The notes under the pieces: model-generated
Seen by the model: only the letters and a program-made list of their open reading frames with translations
What the model was told of the DNA's origin: nothing
The model's database searches: none
In this document: positions 1-11,682 of the stretch, piece after piece
How positions within the stretch are numbered: position 1 is the stretch's first letter
How the letters are laid out: each line of letters starts with the position of its first letter
Assembly: GCA_963797555.1 (NCBI GenBank)
Contig: CAWCPV010000005.1
Span: forward strand, 1 to 64,000
DNA from: an uncultured Gammaproteobacteria bacterium
GTDB taxonomy: Bacteria; Pseudomonadota; Gammaproteobacteria; CAWCPV01
DNA: 64,000 bases
Reading direction: 5' to 3'
Translations under genes and position numbers: made by a program

Positions 1-1514
1 ACACGAAGGCCCTCGAAGACTTGGGAAGGCTGGTGCTGCTGGACCACGTCCTCTCCGGCAGCCGCCTCGACGAATACGGAAGCCACCTCTCCCAGGTCGA
101 GCGGGAGCAGGCGCGGGTGCTGCTCGCCAACCAGCGCGACCAGATGCGCAGCCGCATCAAGAACCACCTGTTGGCGGCTTACGGGATCAGCACCTTGGGG
201 TCCAGCGCCATCGACACCTCCCATGACCTCGAAGACCACTTCCTGTCGCTCGATCCGGGCCTCGACCTGCGGCCCCCGGTGGGGGCGGGCTTCAAGGAGT
301 GCCTCGTTCATCTTTTCTCCCAGGCCCTGGACCACCAGTTTCCCGCACACCCGAGATTCGACGGGGAGGTTAGGCGATCTGGACTTCGGTCAGTGCTGGA
401 CGCGGTGCGCCGTGCGGCCCAGACGCGCGACGGACGGGTCGAGGTGGAGCGCCCCAAACGGGACGAGGTGCGGCGCATCGCCGTGCCGCTCAAGCTCGGC
501 GAAATGGGCGAGATGCACTTCGTGCTCGGCGACTTCTGGAAGAGCCACTTCCTGAAGCGCCAGGCCCGGGACGGAGCCAAGGACCTCACGGTGGGACGGC
601 TGCGCCGATGGATTGACGATCCGGAGCGGCGCGGCCTGGACGCGGACATCGAGAACCTCGTCATCCTGACCTTCGCTCTTCAGACCAACCGCAGCTTCCA
701 TCTGCACGGCGGCCCCGTCGACCCGCAAATCGAGAACTTGGCCGACGAGATGGAGCTGCGGGAGCAGCAGCTCCCCGATCAAGAACGCTGGGAGGAGGCT
801 GTCAAGCGACTGTGGAGCATCTTCGGTCTTGGTCTCTCGCCACTGCTCAACGCCAGCAACGTGGCGATGCTCGTGGAGGGGGCGAAGCGCATCGCCGGGG
901 AGCATCGCGAGGCGGTGCAGCGCTTCGCCAAGGCACTGGATGGCCGGCTCATGGCGCTGGGTGTGGAACCGGCGTCGGCCGACCGCAGCAGGACGGCGCA
1001 GGCCACCTTCGGGCTGCTGGCCGCTATCCTTGGTGCCGATAGGGAGGGCATCGTGGACGCTGTCGCAAGCGCTCAGATTTCGACCTCCGAGACAGCCATG
1101 GGGGAGTGCATGATGAAGGCGTCGGAGCTTGCCGCTGCCCTGGAGAACGCACAGTGGGGTCTCTTCGATGCCATCGGGAGCCTGCCGGAGTCCTACCGCA
1201 GTCGTGCGCATGGCATTGTCGCCTCGGTCGAGGAGGCGCTCGCGCACGACGAGCACGTGACGCCGATGGGAGCCGCGCTGAAGAAGGCGCAGAGCGACGC
1301 GCTCGCGCTGCTGGGCGAGGCGGCCAGGAAACCCGTGCCTCCGGTGCCGCCGGTAGTGCCTCCCGGAAAGAAACTGGTGAAGACAGGGCGCCAACAGGTG
1401 AAGGTGTCGGACTCGGACCCGGTCCTGGAGGCCATCCGCGACGATGTCCGCGAGGTGTCCGGGCAGCCGAACGCCCTGCTCGAGGTGGAATGGAAAATCT
1501 ACACGGAGGAATGA
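1..1514 (+). CDS. pglY: BREX type 2 (Pgl) PglY-like protein, C-terminal part (5' truncated by window)
   Basis: Long clean ORF (21..1514) directly upstream of the PglZ, BrxD and helicase genes. Position and sequence fit the PglY C-terminus; the ATPase motifs would lie outside the window. Confidence 0.7.
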   Translation, partial: TKALEDLGRLVLLDHVLSGSRLDEYGSHLSQVEREQARVLLANQRDQMRSRIKNHLLAAYGISTLGSSAIDTSHDLEDHFLSLDPGLDLRPPVGAGFKECLVHLFSQALDHQFPAHPRFDGEVRRSGLRSVLDAVRRAAQTRDGRVEVERPKRDEVRRIAVPLKLGEMGEMHFVLGDFWKSHFLKRQARDGAKDLTVGRLRRWIDDPERRGLDADIENLVILTFALQTNRSFHLHGGPVDPQIENLADEMELREQQLPDQERWEEAVKRLWSIFGLGLSPLLNASNVAMLVEGAKRIAGEHREAVQRFAKALDGRLMALGVEPASADRSRTAQATFGLLAAILGADREGIVDAVASAQISTSETAMGECMMKASELAAALENAQWGLFDAIGSLPESYRSRAHGIVASVEEALAHDEHVTPMGAALKKAQSDALALLGEAARKPVPPVPPVVPPGKKLVKTGRQQVKVSDSDPVLEAIRDDVREVSGQPNALLEVEWKIYTEE

Positions 1515-1515
1515 C

Positions 1516-4182
1516 TTGGCTGCCGTGAGCCCCGTCCCGACCCCGCAGCAGGTGGCGGCCCAGGTCTCCCTAATCCTGAGCAACCGACCGGAGGCACGGG
1601 TCATCGGCATTCACCTGCCTGGCGCTTGGGCGGGCGGAGAAGACATCCAGGCGGCTGGCAGGAATGCCCGGTCGCGTTCTGCACCTCTCCGTTGGAGATG
1701 AGCGAGAAGCTGGTCCAAGCGGAGACCGAGGGGGGGCCAAGGCCGCTCGTCATCCTCACGCCACTGCGGGACACCGATATCAGCCTGGACGTTACGGCAC
1801 GTCTGGCAGGGCGCCGGCTGTTGCACATCAATCGGTGGGAGATGGTGCGAAACCTGTTCGGCGCGCAGCACATCGACCCCCGGCTGCGCCAGCGCCGGCT
1901 GGATGCGCGGATGCGCTGCTGCAGGCCGTTCCCGACAGCGGCTATCCGGTCGTCACCAGCGGCTGGCTCGACGCGGACACCGTGTGGCAGCAACTGTTCG
2001 CCAAGCACCTCGGCCTGGAGACCGGCCGGCCGGATGCCACCGATCTGGTGCGCTGGAGCCTCGACGCCAATCGGGTGAAGCGATACGAATCTCTGGCGCC
2101 GGAATTCCAAAATGGCTTGCGCGAGCGCGTGGTCGAATCGGCCGGGGCACTGGGCAGCGTGCTGGCGGATGCCATCGGGTCCGGTCACGGCTCCCTGCTC
2201 ATGCCTATCGGCCTCGTCTGCGAGGTCCTGTTCGTGGAAGGTGGTCGGGGCGGCTCCAATCTGGCTCAGGCCGTGGCGCGGCTCGAGCCCTTCCTCGGCG
2301 GGAACACGCTCAGGTCGGAGCTGGGCCGCGCCTGGTCGGGTGCCGCCTGCCATGTCCTCGACCGGATGTCGGAGGAGGAGCGTCGGGGTTGGCTGGAGCG
2401 GGCCGAGCAGCTTCTCGATGAGCTGAAGGCTGCTGGATACGCCGGTTTCAGTCGGGTCTTGCTGTCCGGCTTCGAGCAGCGCCTCGCCGCTTTCGCGAAG
2501 GGGCTGGAGCACTGCCTCGACGGCAAGAGCTCCGTCAGCGGTCTAGAGCCGCTTTCGACGAAGCGCTGCAACATCGGCAGTCGGAAACCCAGACCGAGCA
2601 GGTCGAGCACCTGGAGATGGCGCTGCGGCTGGCGCGCTATCTGGGGGCTGACCGGGCCGGTCCGCCGAGAACGCTGGGGCAGGGATGACGGCACAGGCGC
2701 GGCAGGGCGCTTCGTGGACTGGGCACGGCGCTACCTGCTGGGCGGCGATCGCCATTGAGGCGCTGGCGAACGCCTTCGGCAAGCTGTATCGGCGGGTACG
2801 GGAAGCGCGGGAGACGGAGAACCGGGCTTTCGCAACGGCCCTGGCTGCTTGGAGCAAGGCACCCAAGGCCGAGAAAGGAGTCCTGCCCATCGAGCATGTG
2901 CTCGGGGCCGTGGTCGCGCCCCTGGCCCGGCAGGTGCCGGTAATGGTCGTCGTGGCGGATGGAATGGATTTCGGCGTGTTTCGGGAGATCTGCGAGGAAC
3001 GTCCGCGCCAGGGTTGGGTGGAGTGCACGACTTCGCCGGGAGAGCCCCTGCCGGCGGTCGTGAGCATGGTCCCCACGGTGACCGAAACCTCCCGCGCCAG
3101 CCTTCTGGCGGGCAGGATCGCGACCGGCGGGAGCGACGCGGAGAAGGCCGCGTTCGCGTCCCACCCGGGCCTGATGACAACGTCCAGAGCTTCCCGGCCG
3201 GCGCTGCTGTTCCACAAGGGCGACCTCGCAGACGCCGGTGCGTCGTCGGGGCTCGCCCGAGCGGTGCGGGAGGCCCTGGCAAACCAGGACCAGCGCATCG
3301 TGGGGGCGGTCCTCAATGCCGTCGACGACCACCTCGCCAAGTCCGAGCAGCTCCGCATCCGGTGGTCCACGCGGCAGATTCCGCTGTTGGACGCCATCCT
3401 GTTCGAGGCCAGGCTGGCCGGCCGAGCCGTGGTGCTCACTTCCGACCATGGCCACGTCCTCGAAGAGAGTGCGCTCCGGCTGCAGGGCGGCGCAGAAGAA
3501 CGCTGGCGAAGATACGGGGAGCCGCTGGGCGACCAGGAGATCGCCCTAGAGGGACCTCGCGTGAACACGGCGGCGGGCGAGGATCGCGTGATCGTCCTGT
3601 GGAGCGAGGCGGCGCGGTACTGCGTCAAGAAGAACGGCTACCACGGCGGCGCGACGCTCCAGGAGGTGGTGGTCCCGCTGGGCGTTTGTGCCCGCCGGGT
3701 CAGGAGCCGGGAGGGGTGGGCGCCGCTCCCGGAGCTGAAACCGGACTGGTGGACGGCCGGCGTCGCGGCTTCCAGGGCACCTTCCCCCGCACCCGAAAAG
3801 CGCAGGGCGAAGGCCGGAAGGACGCAGGCGAGCCTGTCGAGCCAGCCCCGCCCCCGCGCGCGGCGGCACAGGCCACCCATGGATTCCGCGGCTTCTCGCG
3901 TGCGACGTGTACGGACCTGAACGGCGCATGGCCGGCCGTCTCGCCCCATCCGATGAGACCGTCCAGACCATCCTGGCGGCGCTTGCAGAACGGAACGACC
4001 GTGTGCCTCGCGTCATCCTGGCCCAGGCCACCGGGCAGCCTGGTTTCGCCTCCGGGGCATCCTGGCCGGACTGCAGCGTGTGCTGAACGTGGACGGCTAC
4101 CAGTCGTGGCAGTGGACGAAGCAGCACGGACGTCGTACTGGATCGGCAACTGCTGCTGAAGCAGTTCGAGCTCTCCGGATGA
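1516..4182 (+). CDS. pglZ: BREX-2 phosphatase PglZ (split by several frameshifts)
   Basis: Fragments 1444..1701, 1626..2078, 1664..2758 and 2685..3920 join into one protein with alkaline-phosphatase-family motifs VADGM, PTVTETSR, TSDHGH and GYHGGATLQE. It ends LLKQFELSG* with an ATGA overlap into brxD. Start approximate. Confidence 0.85.
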
Positions 4183-5509
4183 CGGATATCCAGGTCAGCC
4201 CGCAGCGGCGGGACGAGATCATCGACGCGCTGCGCCGCGGCACGGTGCCGCCGCCAGGTCTCGACGCTGTTGGCGGTCGGGCTGGAGCGGTTCGAGCCCG
4301 CCATCGAGGACGAGCTCGAGGCCGTGCGGACCGGGCGCGGGATGTTCAAGGCCGTGCGCGGCGAGTACGGCAGCGGCAAGACGTTCTTCGCCCGATGGCT
4401 GGAGGAGCGGGCGCGCGCGCCGGGCTTCGCCACGTCCGAGGTCCAGATCTCCGAGACCGAGACGCCGCTGCACCGGCTGGAGACCGTCTACCGCCGGCTG
4501 ATCGAGCGGCTGGCCACGGCCGACACGCGCCGGGGCGCTTTCCGCAGCATCGATCGATGGGTGGTTCTACACGCTGGAAGAGGACGTTCTGGCCGCGACG
4601 GGCGACGATGCCCCCGACGACGCCGCCCTGCTCGCCCGGACCAACGAGCTGCATGGAGCAGCGGCTGGCCGAGGTGACGCAGACCGCGCCCACCTTCGCC
4701 GCCTGCCCTGCGGGGCTATCGGCAGGCCGCTGGCGGACGGGGACGCGGCCATCGGCCGACGGCCTCCTCGCCTGGCTGGCCGGCCAGCCCAACGTGGCGG
4801 CCGGCGACAAGCGGCCGCCGGGCATCAAGGGCGACATCGACCACTTCGGGGCGTTGAGCTTCCTCCAGGGCCTGCTGATCGTGCTGCGGGACCGGGTCAT
4901 GCCGGGCTCGTGCTGGTGCTCGACGAGGTGGAGACCCTCCAGCGGGTGCGCGGCGACGTGCGGGACAAGGGCCTCAATGCCCTGCGGCAGCTCATCGACG
5001 AGGTGGACTCGGGGCGATTCCCCGGCCTGTATCTGCTGATCACCGGGACGCCGGCGTTCTTCGACGGTCCGCAGGGCGTCCAGCGGCTGGCGCCGCTGGC
5101 CCAGCGGCTGCACGTCGACTTCACGACCGACGCCCGATTCGACAACCCGCGGGCGGTCCAGATCCGGCTCGCGGCTTCGATGCGCGGAAGCTCCGTCAGG
5201 TGGGCGGAGGGTGCGCGACCTCTTCGCGGCGCACTGCCCCGATGCCGGCCGCATACGGGAGCGCTGCCGACGACGACTATATCGCGGCGCTCGCCGAGGC
5301 CGTCGCCGGCAAGCTCGGCGGCAAGGTGGGCTCGCGCCGCGGGTGTTCCTGAAGAAGCTGGTTGGCGACGTGCTGGACCGCATCGACCAGTTCCCGGATT
5401 TCGACCCGCGACAGCACTACGCGCTGACCGTTCACGATCCGAGCTGACCGACGTGGAGCGCAACGCCAGAGCGGCGGCCGGCGTGGACGACATCGAGCTG
5501 AAGGTGTGA
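4179..5509 (+). CDS. brxD: BREX system ATP-binding protein BrxD (frameshifted)
   Basis: IIDALRRGTVP N-terminus, Walker A GEYGSGKT, Walker B LVLDEVE, LLITGTPAFFDG, spread over several frames. Confidence 0.85.
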
Positions 5510-7624
5510 GCGCCTTCGACCGCCTCCATCCTGCGCTCCAGCACCACATCGTCAACAGCCTCGGATGGCGTGCCTGCGGCCGCTTCAGGAGGCGGCCATC
5601 CCGCCGATCCTGGCGGGCAAGCACTGCGTTGCTGCTGGCGCCCACCGCCGGCGGCAAGACCGAGGCGGCCGTATTTCCGCTGCTCTCGCGCATGCTGACC
5701 GAGGCTGGCGCGGTCTGAGCGTCCTCTACATCTGCCCGATCAAGGCCCTGCTGAACAACCTGGAAGCGCGGCTCTCGCGTTACGCGAGCCTGGTCGGGCG
5801 CACGGTGGGCGTCTGGCACGGGGACATTGGCCCCACCGAGCGGGCCCGGATCGGCCGGGAGCCGCCGGACATCCTTCTGATCACTCCGGAGTCGCTGGAG
5901 GTATGCTCGTCTCGCGCCGGGTGGAGCATCGTGCATTTTTTGCCGGCTGCGGGCCGATGGTCGTCGACGAAGTGCATGCCTTCGCGGGCGATGACCGCGG
6001 CTGGCATCTCATCGCGCTGCTGGAGCGCATTTCGCGGTTGAGCGACTGGAATCTCCAGCGGCTCGGTCTCTCCGCGACCGTCGGCAACCCAGAGGAGTTG
6101 CTGCAGTGGCTAGCGCCCGGTTCAGCGGTGGCGGGGTGAGGTGGTAACGCCCGCCGATGCGGCGACGGCCGACGCGGAGGTGGAGCTGGATTACGTGGGA
6201 AACCTGCCCAACGCTGCGCTCGTTATCTCGCGGCTGCATCGCGGGGAAAAGCGCCTGGTTTTCTGCGACAGCCGAAGCCAGGTCGAGGACCTCGCTGCGG
6301 AGCTTCGGGGGCTCGGTGTAGGACTTATGTGTCCCACAGCTCGTTGAGCGCCGATCACAGGCGGCAGGCGGAACAGGCGTTTTCCGAAGGGGAGAACTGC
6401 GTGATCGTGGCGACCAGCACCCTGGAGCTGGGGATCGACGTGGGCGACCTGGACCGCGTGATCCAGATCGATGCCCCGTACAGTGTCGCAGCGTTCCTGC
6501 AACGCCTGGGTAGAACCGGGCGGCGTCCCGGGACCACGCGGAACTGCCTCTTTCTCGCGACCACCGACGAGGCGTTCGTGCGCGCTCTGGGGCTGCTGCA
6601 ACTATGGCGAGACGGGTACGTGGAGCCGGTCATCCCGCCCCCTTTGCCTTACCAGGTGCTCGCGCAGCAAGTGATGGCTTTGGCCCTGCAGGAAGGCGGA
6701 ATAGGAAGGTGGACTTGGCGCGAGTGGCTCGACCGGTTCCTGGAGATCTCCGGCATTTCGCGGGACGAGGCCGATGCCGTCATTCGGCACATGCTCGAGA
6801 ATGGCATTCTGTTCGAGGACGCCGGGTTGCTCTCGCTGGGAGCCGAAGCAGAGAGCCGCTTCGGGCTCAGGAATTTCCTGGAGCTGTTCTCCGTCTTCAG
6901 CACTGCGCCGACGTTCGCAGTGCTGCACGGATCGACCCATATCGGTGACGTGCACCCGCTCACGTTTCAAATCGCTGCCGAGCAGCCCCTCTCGCTCACG
7001 CTGGGCGGACGGTACTGGACGGTCAAATTCGTCGATTGGCGACGCAGGCGCGCCTATGTGGAGCCGACCGACACGGGCGGCCGATCCCGTTGGCTGAGCA
7101 GCGGCCAGCCCCTGCACTTCCACGTGTGCCAGGCGGTTGCGAGAGTCCTGTCCGGCGCGGAGCTGAACTTCAAAATGTCGAGGCGCGCCCACCGCCAACT
7201 GGCCGAGTCGCAGGACCAGTTCGCCTGGGTAGACGGTCTCTCTTCGGCACTGGTAAAGGATTGCGACAGGCTGACCTGGTGGACCTTCGCAGGCCGCCTG
7301 TTCAATGCGGCCGTGGCAGCGCAGTTGCGTGCGCGGGGGTATGCGGCCCGATACGACAATTACTCGGTGTCCTTGGGTCGGGGCGCCGGTGCCTCTTTGT
7401 CCCCGAACGACATCAGGGAGCTGCTCCACGACACGGTGCCCGCTTTCTCGACGCCACTGGCGCAGGCCGCGATCGCGGACATCAAATTCATCGAGTGCGT
7501 GCCCCCGAGCCTGGTGGCCCGGATGACGGCGGCGCGCTTTGATCAGTCTCACGTGAGAGAGGCCCTGCTCCGTGCGCCGCTCAGATCGCTGGCAGCGGAA
7601 CCGGATGTGCCGAGGGCCGAGTGA
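5506..7624 (+). CDS. brxHI: BREX-2 Lhr-like DEAD/DEAH helicase BrxHI (5' half frameshifted)
   Basis: SF2 motifs APTAGGKTEA, DEVH, SATVGNP, ATSTLELGIDVGDLD and QRLGRTGRR; GTGA overlap with the brxD stop. Confidence 0.8.
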
Positions 7625-7793
7625 GAGCGAGTCCCCAGCCATGAGTTCCGGCAAACGCCGCAAGGGTCACCGTAAGGCACTGCCGTTCTCCGGGCCGGCG
7701 GCCTCAGACGGCGCCGCACCCGCCGGTCAATCGCTCAGACATCGCGATCTGGAGCTTCTCTGGGGCGCTGAGGAAACTTGTGGGAAGCCAATA

Positions 7794-7883
7794 TGGCGGA
7801 TGGGGTGGGATTCGAACGCACGAAACACTTCCGCACGTGCCGGATTTCAAGTCCGGGCCAATCGGCCGGTCTGCCACCCATCC
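7794..7883 (-). tRNA. tRNA-Ser(UGA)-like, degenerate (possible pseudo-tRNA)
   Basis: Minus strand has acceptor stem GGATGGG/CCCATCC, anticodon arm CCGGA-CTTGAAA-TCCGG, a long variable arm, T-loop TTCGAAT and a GCCA end; 90 nt. There are mismatches in the D and T stems. Confidence 0.75.
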
Positions 7884-8197
7884 CGACCCTGCCAGATTTG
7901 GCGCCGGCCGCTCGCTTAACGCGGCGCTTGCCGCGAGACCTGCGCCGCCGCTGGGAGCGAGCCGCGGCTTGGCGCCCGGCGCCAAAGGTTGCCGGCGGAT
8001 CTCGGCCGTCGCACCGCGGCTGGATGCTTATAATCTGACAGCTCAGGAAGCTCTGCACAGGTGTTGCCGTTCGTCCTGAGCCTGCCGAAGGGCTCGCCAG
8101 ACGGAGCTTGATCAGACGCCTCATCGAGTCAATGGATTGTTACAGCCTTTCAGGGCACGGAGCAGTGAGCAGAGATGAGCAGATGGGATAGCGCGAC

Positions 8198-10542
8198 ATG
8201 ACCGCCAAGACTGCATTGTTCGTCCAGAGGGCCCTGCTTGGGCTCGCGCTGACGGCACCGTGCCTGGTCGGCGCCGACACCGGCGTTCCGCCCCAGGCCG
8301 CTCCGGCCGCGGGACAGGGCAGTGGGGCGCCCAGTTACGTCGGCGCGCAGACCTGCGGGCGCTGCCATCGGGAGGAGCAGAAACGCTGGATGGGTTCGGA
8401 CCACCAGCGCGCCATGCAGGAGGCCAACGAGCGGACGGTGCTGGGCGATTTCGACGGCGCGCAGTTCACGTACTATGGTCTGACGTCCACGTTTTTCAAG
8501 CGCGGCGGCAAGTTCATGGTCCGTACCGACGGCCCCGACGGCGCGCTGCACGACTACGAAATCGCCTACACCTTCGGTGTCCGTCCGCTGCAGCAATACC
8601 TCGTCGCATTCCCCGGCGGCCGCCTGCAGGCGCTCTCTATCGCTTGGGACAGCCGCCCCAAGGAACTGGGAGGGCAGCGCTGGTTTCACCTGTATCCGAA
8701 TGAGCGGATCACCCGCACCGACAGCCTGCATTGGACGGGTCCGAATCAGAACTGGAATTACATGTGCGCGGAATGCCACTCGACCCATCTGCAGAAGAAC
8801 TACGATCTGAGCGCCGACGCCTACCGCACCACCTGGTCCGAGATCAGCGTGGCGTGCGAGGCCTGTCACGGGCCTGGCTCGCGCCACGTGGCCTGGGCGG
8901 ACCGTCAGGCGGGCTGGGAGCAGATCGACCGTGATCCGGCCAAGGGGCTGTCGGTGCGCTTCAACGAGCGGTCCGGGGTGCGGTGGGTGATGGACGACAA
9001 GACCGGCATCGCCCGCCGCTCCAAGCCGCGGGAATCCGACGTCGAGATCGAAACCTGCGCCCGGTGCCACGCCCGGCGCGGCCAGATCTGGGCGGACTAT
9101 GTGCCGGGACGCCCGATCCTGGACACCCATCTGGTGCAACTCTTGACCCCCGGCATGTACTACGCCGACGGCCAGATGTCGGATGAGGTGTACAACTACG
9201 GTTCGTTCCTGCAAAGCAAGATGTTCCGGGCCGGCGTCACCTGCAGCGACTGCCACGATCCGCACAGCCTGAAGCTGCGGCGGCCGGGCAACGGTGTCTG
9301 CGCGCAATGCCATCGCGCGGACAAGTACGACACCCCCGCCCATCACTTCCACAAGGCGGACTCCGCCGGGTCGAGCTGTACGGCATGCCACATGCCGACC
9401 ACGACCTACATGGTGGTCGATCCCCGCCATGACCACAGCATCCGTATCCCGCGCCCCGACCTGTCGGTCCGTTTGGGCACGCCCAACGCGTGCAACAAGT
9501 GCCATGCCGACCGCCCCGCCGCGTGGGCGGCCGATCAAATAAAGCACTGGTACAAGCAGCCGAACGAGGGCTATCAGCAGTTTGCCGCAGCGCTGCAGGC
9601 CGGGCGCAGCGGGGCGCCGGGCGCGGAACACCTCCTGACGAAGCTGGCTGGTGATACCGCCCAGCCCGACATCGCCCGCGCCACGGCCCTGGCGGCCCTG
9701 GGCCGCTATCTCAGCCCCGCTTCCGTAGGTGCGATCCGCGAGGGTCTGAAGGATCCCGACCCGTTGGTGCGCCTGGGCGCGGTCCAGGCGCTGGTGGCTG
9801 CAAACGTAGAGCCCCGCATGCTCCTGCCCCTCCTCTTCCCCATGCTGCAGGACCCGGTCCGCGCCGTGCGCATCGAGGCCCTACGCGGGCTGGCGCCGGT
9901 CCCCACCGACCAGTTCCCGGCGGCGGTGCGGGAGGTGCTCGACAAGGCCACGGAGGAATACATCGCCGCGCAGCAGACCGACGCCGACCGCCCGGAGGCG
10001 CATATGAATCTCGGGCTGCTGTATAGCGAACGCGGCGAGTACGACAAGGCCGAGGCCGCTTATCGCACCGCACTCAGGTTGCAGCCCAGGTTCTGCAGGC
10101 CTGCGTAAATCTGGCCGACCTCTACCGGCTGCAAGGCAAGGACGACGAAGGAGAAAAGGTTCTGCGCCAAGCCGTGGCGCTTGCGCCCAACGACCCGGAC
10201 GTGCAGCACGCGCTGGGGCTGCTGCTGGTGCGGCAGAAACGCCTGTCGGAGGCCGTCGATGCCCTGGCGCGGGCCGCCCGGCTCAATCCTGGCAACGCCC
10301 GCTACAGCTACGTCTATGCGGTCGCGCTGAACTCCACCGGCAAGCCGGAGGAAGCCATTCGGGTGTTGGAACAGGCCAACGCGCGTCAGCCGAATGACCG
10401 CGAGGTCCTCTTCGGCCTCATCGCCTTCCAGCGCGACCGGGGCGATTTGGCGGCCGCCCGCCGCTATGCGGAGAAGCTGTCCGCGCTGTCGCCCCAGGAC
10501 CCGGCCGTGCAGCAGCTCATCGATCAGCTAAAGGGGCAGTGA
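8198..10542 (+). CDS. Exported multiheme cytochrome c (8 CxxCH) with HEAT and TPR repeats; one frameshift near 10095
   Basis: Signal peptide; CGRCH, CAECH, CEACH, CARCH, CSDCH, CAQCH, CTACH, CNKCH; HEAT-like DPDPLVRLGA; TPR repeats continue in ORF 10174..10542. Confidence 0.85.
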
Positions 10543-10619
10543 GCGGCGGTACGCCCGGCACGTCGCGTGGGCCGTGCCCGGCTTGCCGGTCCCCCGCTCC
10601 ACAATCCTCCGAGACCGCG

Positions 10620-10797
10620 GGACATGGTCCGGCAGGGCCACCACATCCATCGGTGTGGAAAGGCCGCTCAGCCCGAGTATGCGCCACCGCTGCGCGCAGC
10701 GACTCGATGTGGCGCACCAACAAATCCGTGCAACGCTCCAATAGATTGACCGTGAAGAAGTAAGTGCCGCCGGGCACACGATAGCGGCGACGGGCAT
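10620..10797 (-). pseudogene. REP-associated tyrosine transposase (RAYT) N-terminal remnant
   Basis: RVPGGTYFFTVNLLER...LRAAV...RPFH..VVALPDH is the typical RAYT N-terminus; frameshifted and truncated. Confidence 0.75.
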
Positions 10798-10826
10798 GGC
10801 GCGAATCTTATTCGCCCCGATGAATC

Positions 10827-10859
10827 CGGCGGAACGCCCGCAAGGGGCTTCCGCCCTAC
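10827..10859 (-). repeat. GTAG-type REP palindrome
   Basis: Minus strand GTAG-GGCGGAA-GCCCC-TTGC-GGGCG-TTCCGCC, adjacent to the RAYT remnant. Confidence 0.7.
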
Positions 10860-10946
10860 GCGGGCTAGATTCCTCCTGCCTGCGCATACCATGCGGCGGA
10901 TCGCCCTCGCGGGCATCCGCTCTACACGGACCAAGGCGGCGGGCGC

Positions 10947-11234
10947 TTAGAAAAACGTCTTGAGGATGAGCGCCACGATTCCGCCCAGAAGCAGACCGAG
11001 CATCCACTTGACGAGGGTTAGCTCGCCCTTGAGACCCTCGAAGCGAGCATCTATTTTTAGTTCCAACTCCTTAATGTCGCGCTTGACTTCCGCAACATCG
11101 GCCTTGGTGGCAAGCTCGGCTTCACCGCTTGCGTCCTTGATGGCCTCGGCCAGGGCTTCGGCCTGGCTTTCGGTAAAGCCGGCCTCCTTGAGGCGTTTGG
11201 AAAATCTCAAGGTGTCAAATGCGACCGTGGTCAT
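10947..11234 (-). CDS. DUF1640 / CCDC90-like small coiled-coil membrane protein
   Basis: FDTLRFSKRLKEAGFTESQAEA, LATKAD, C-terminal TM helix; AGGAGGAG RBS. Confidence 0.85.
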   Translation of the reverse strand: MTTVAFDTLRFSKRLKEAGFTESQAEALAEAIKDASGEAELATKADVAEVKRDIKELELKIDARFEGLKGELTLVKWMLGLLLGGIVALILKTFF

Positions 11235-11393
11235 AGCTCCTCCTGTTTCGGCACTATAGCACGGCGCCAGACTTCAGGCCGGGAGAGACCCTATGTGCCG
11301 GTTCGCGCCAACCCGACCCATGGCGCACTCGTAAGAAACCGCCTCCGCGTTGCGCGGGAGGCGGTCTTTCGGTGCTATTCCGCGGAGGAGAGT

Positions 11394-11425
11394 GTTGGGT
11401 TGCGGCGGACCGCGACCCAACCTAC
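11394..11425 (-). repeat. GTAG-type REP palindrome
   Basis: Minus strand GTAG-GTTGGGTCGCGG..CGCCGCAACCCAAC hairpin, next to the second RAYT remnant. Confidence 0.7.
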
Positions 11426-11449
11426 GCGGTTACGCGGCTTACTACACAG

Positions 11450-11665
11450 GCTGCGCGGGCTCGCCACCCGCACCGATGAGCGCCGCTCAGGGGGGGCCCA
11501 CGGCCCGCACGAAGCGTATCTTGATGGCCTTGATACGATTGGAAAAATCATCGTCGCCAGGGGGCAGGGGTGAGCACACAATGGACATGATCCGGCAGGG
11601 CCACCACATCCATCGATGTGGAAAGGCCGCTCAGCCCAAGTATGCGCCACCGCTGCGCGCAGCGA
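11450..11665 (-). pseudogene. Second RAYT remnant (internal part with HUH motif)
   Basis: LRAAVAHTWAERPFHID / LPDHVHCVLT / GDDDFSNRIKAIKIRF across frames; HUH motif HVH. Confidence 0.7.
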
Positions 11666-11682
11666 GCACCGGTTGCCGCAGG

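Noticed and set aside
7840-7856. Plus-strand CCGGA-TTTCAAG-TCCGG read as a tRNA-Sec (UCA) anticodon arm
   Set aside because: The T-loop and CCA end are only correct on the minus strand, which gives Ser(UGA).
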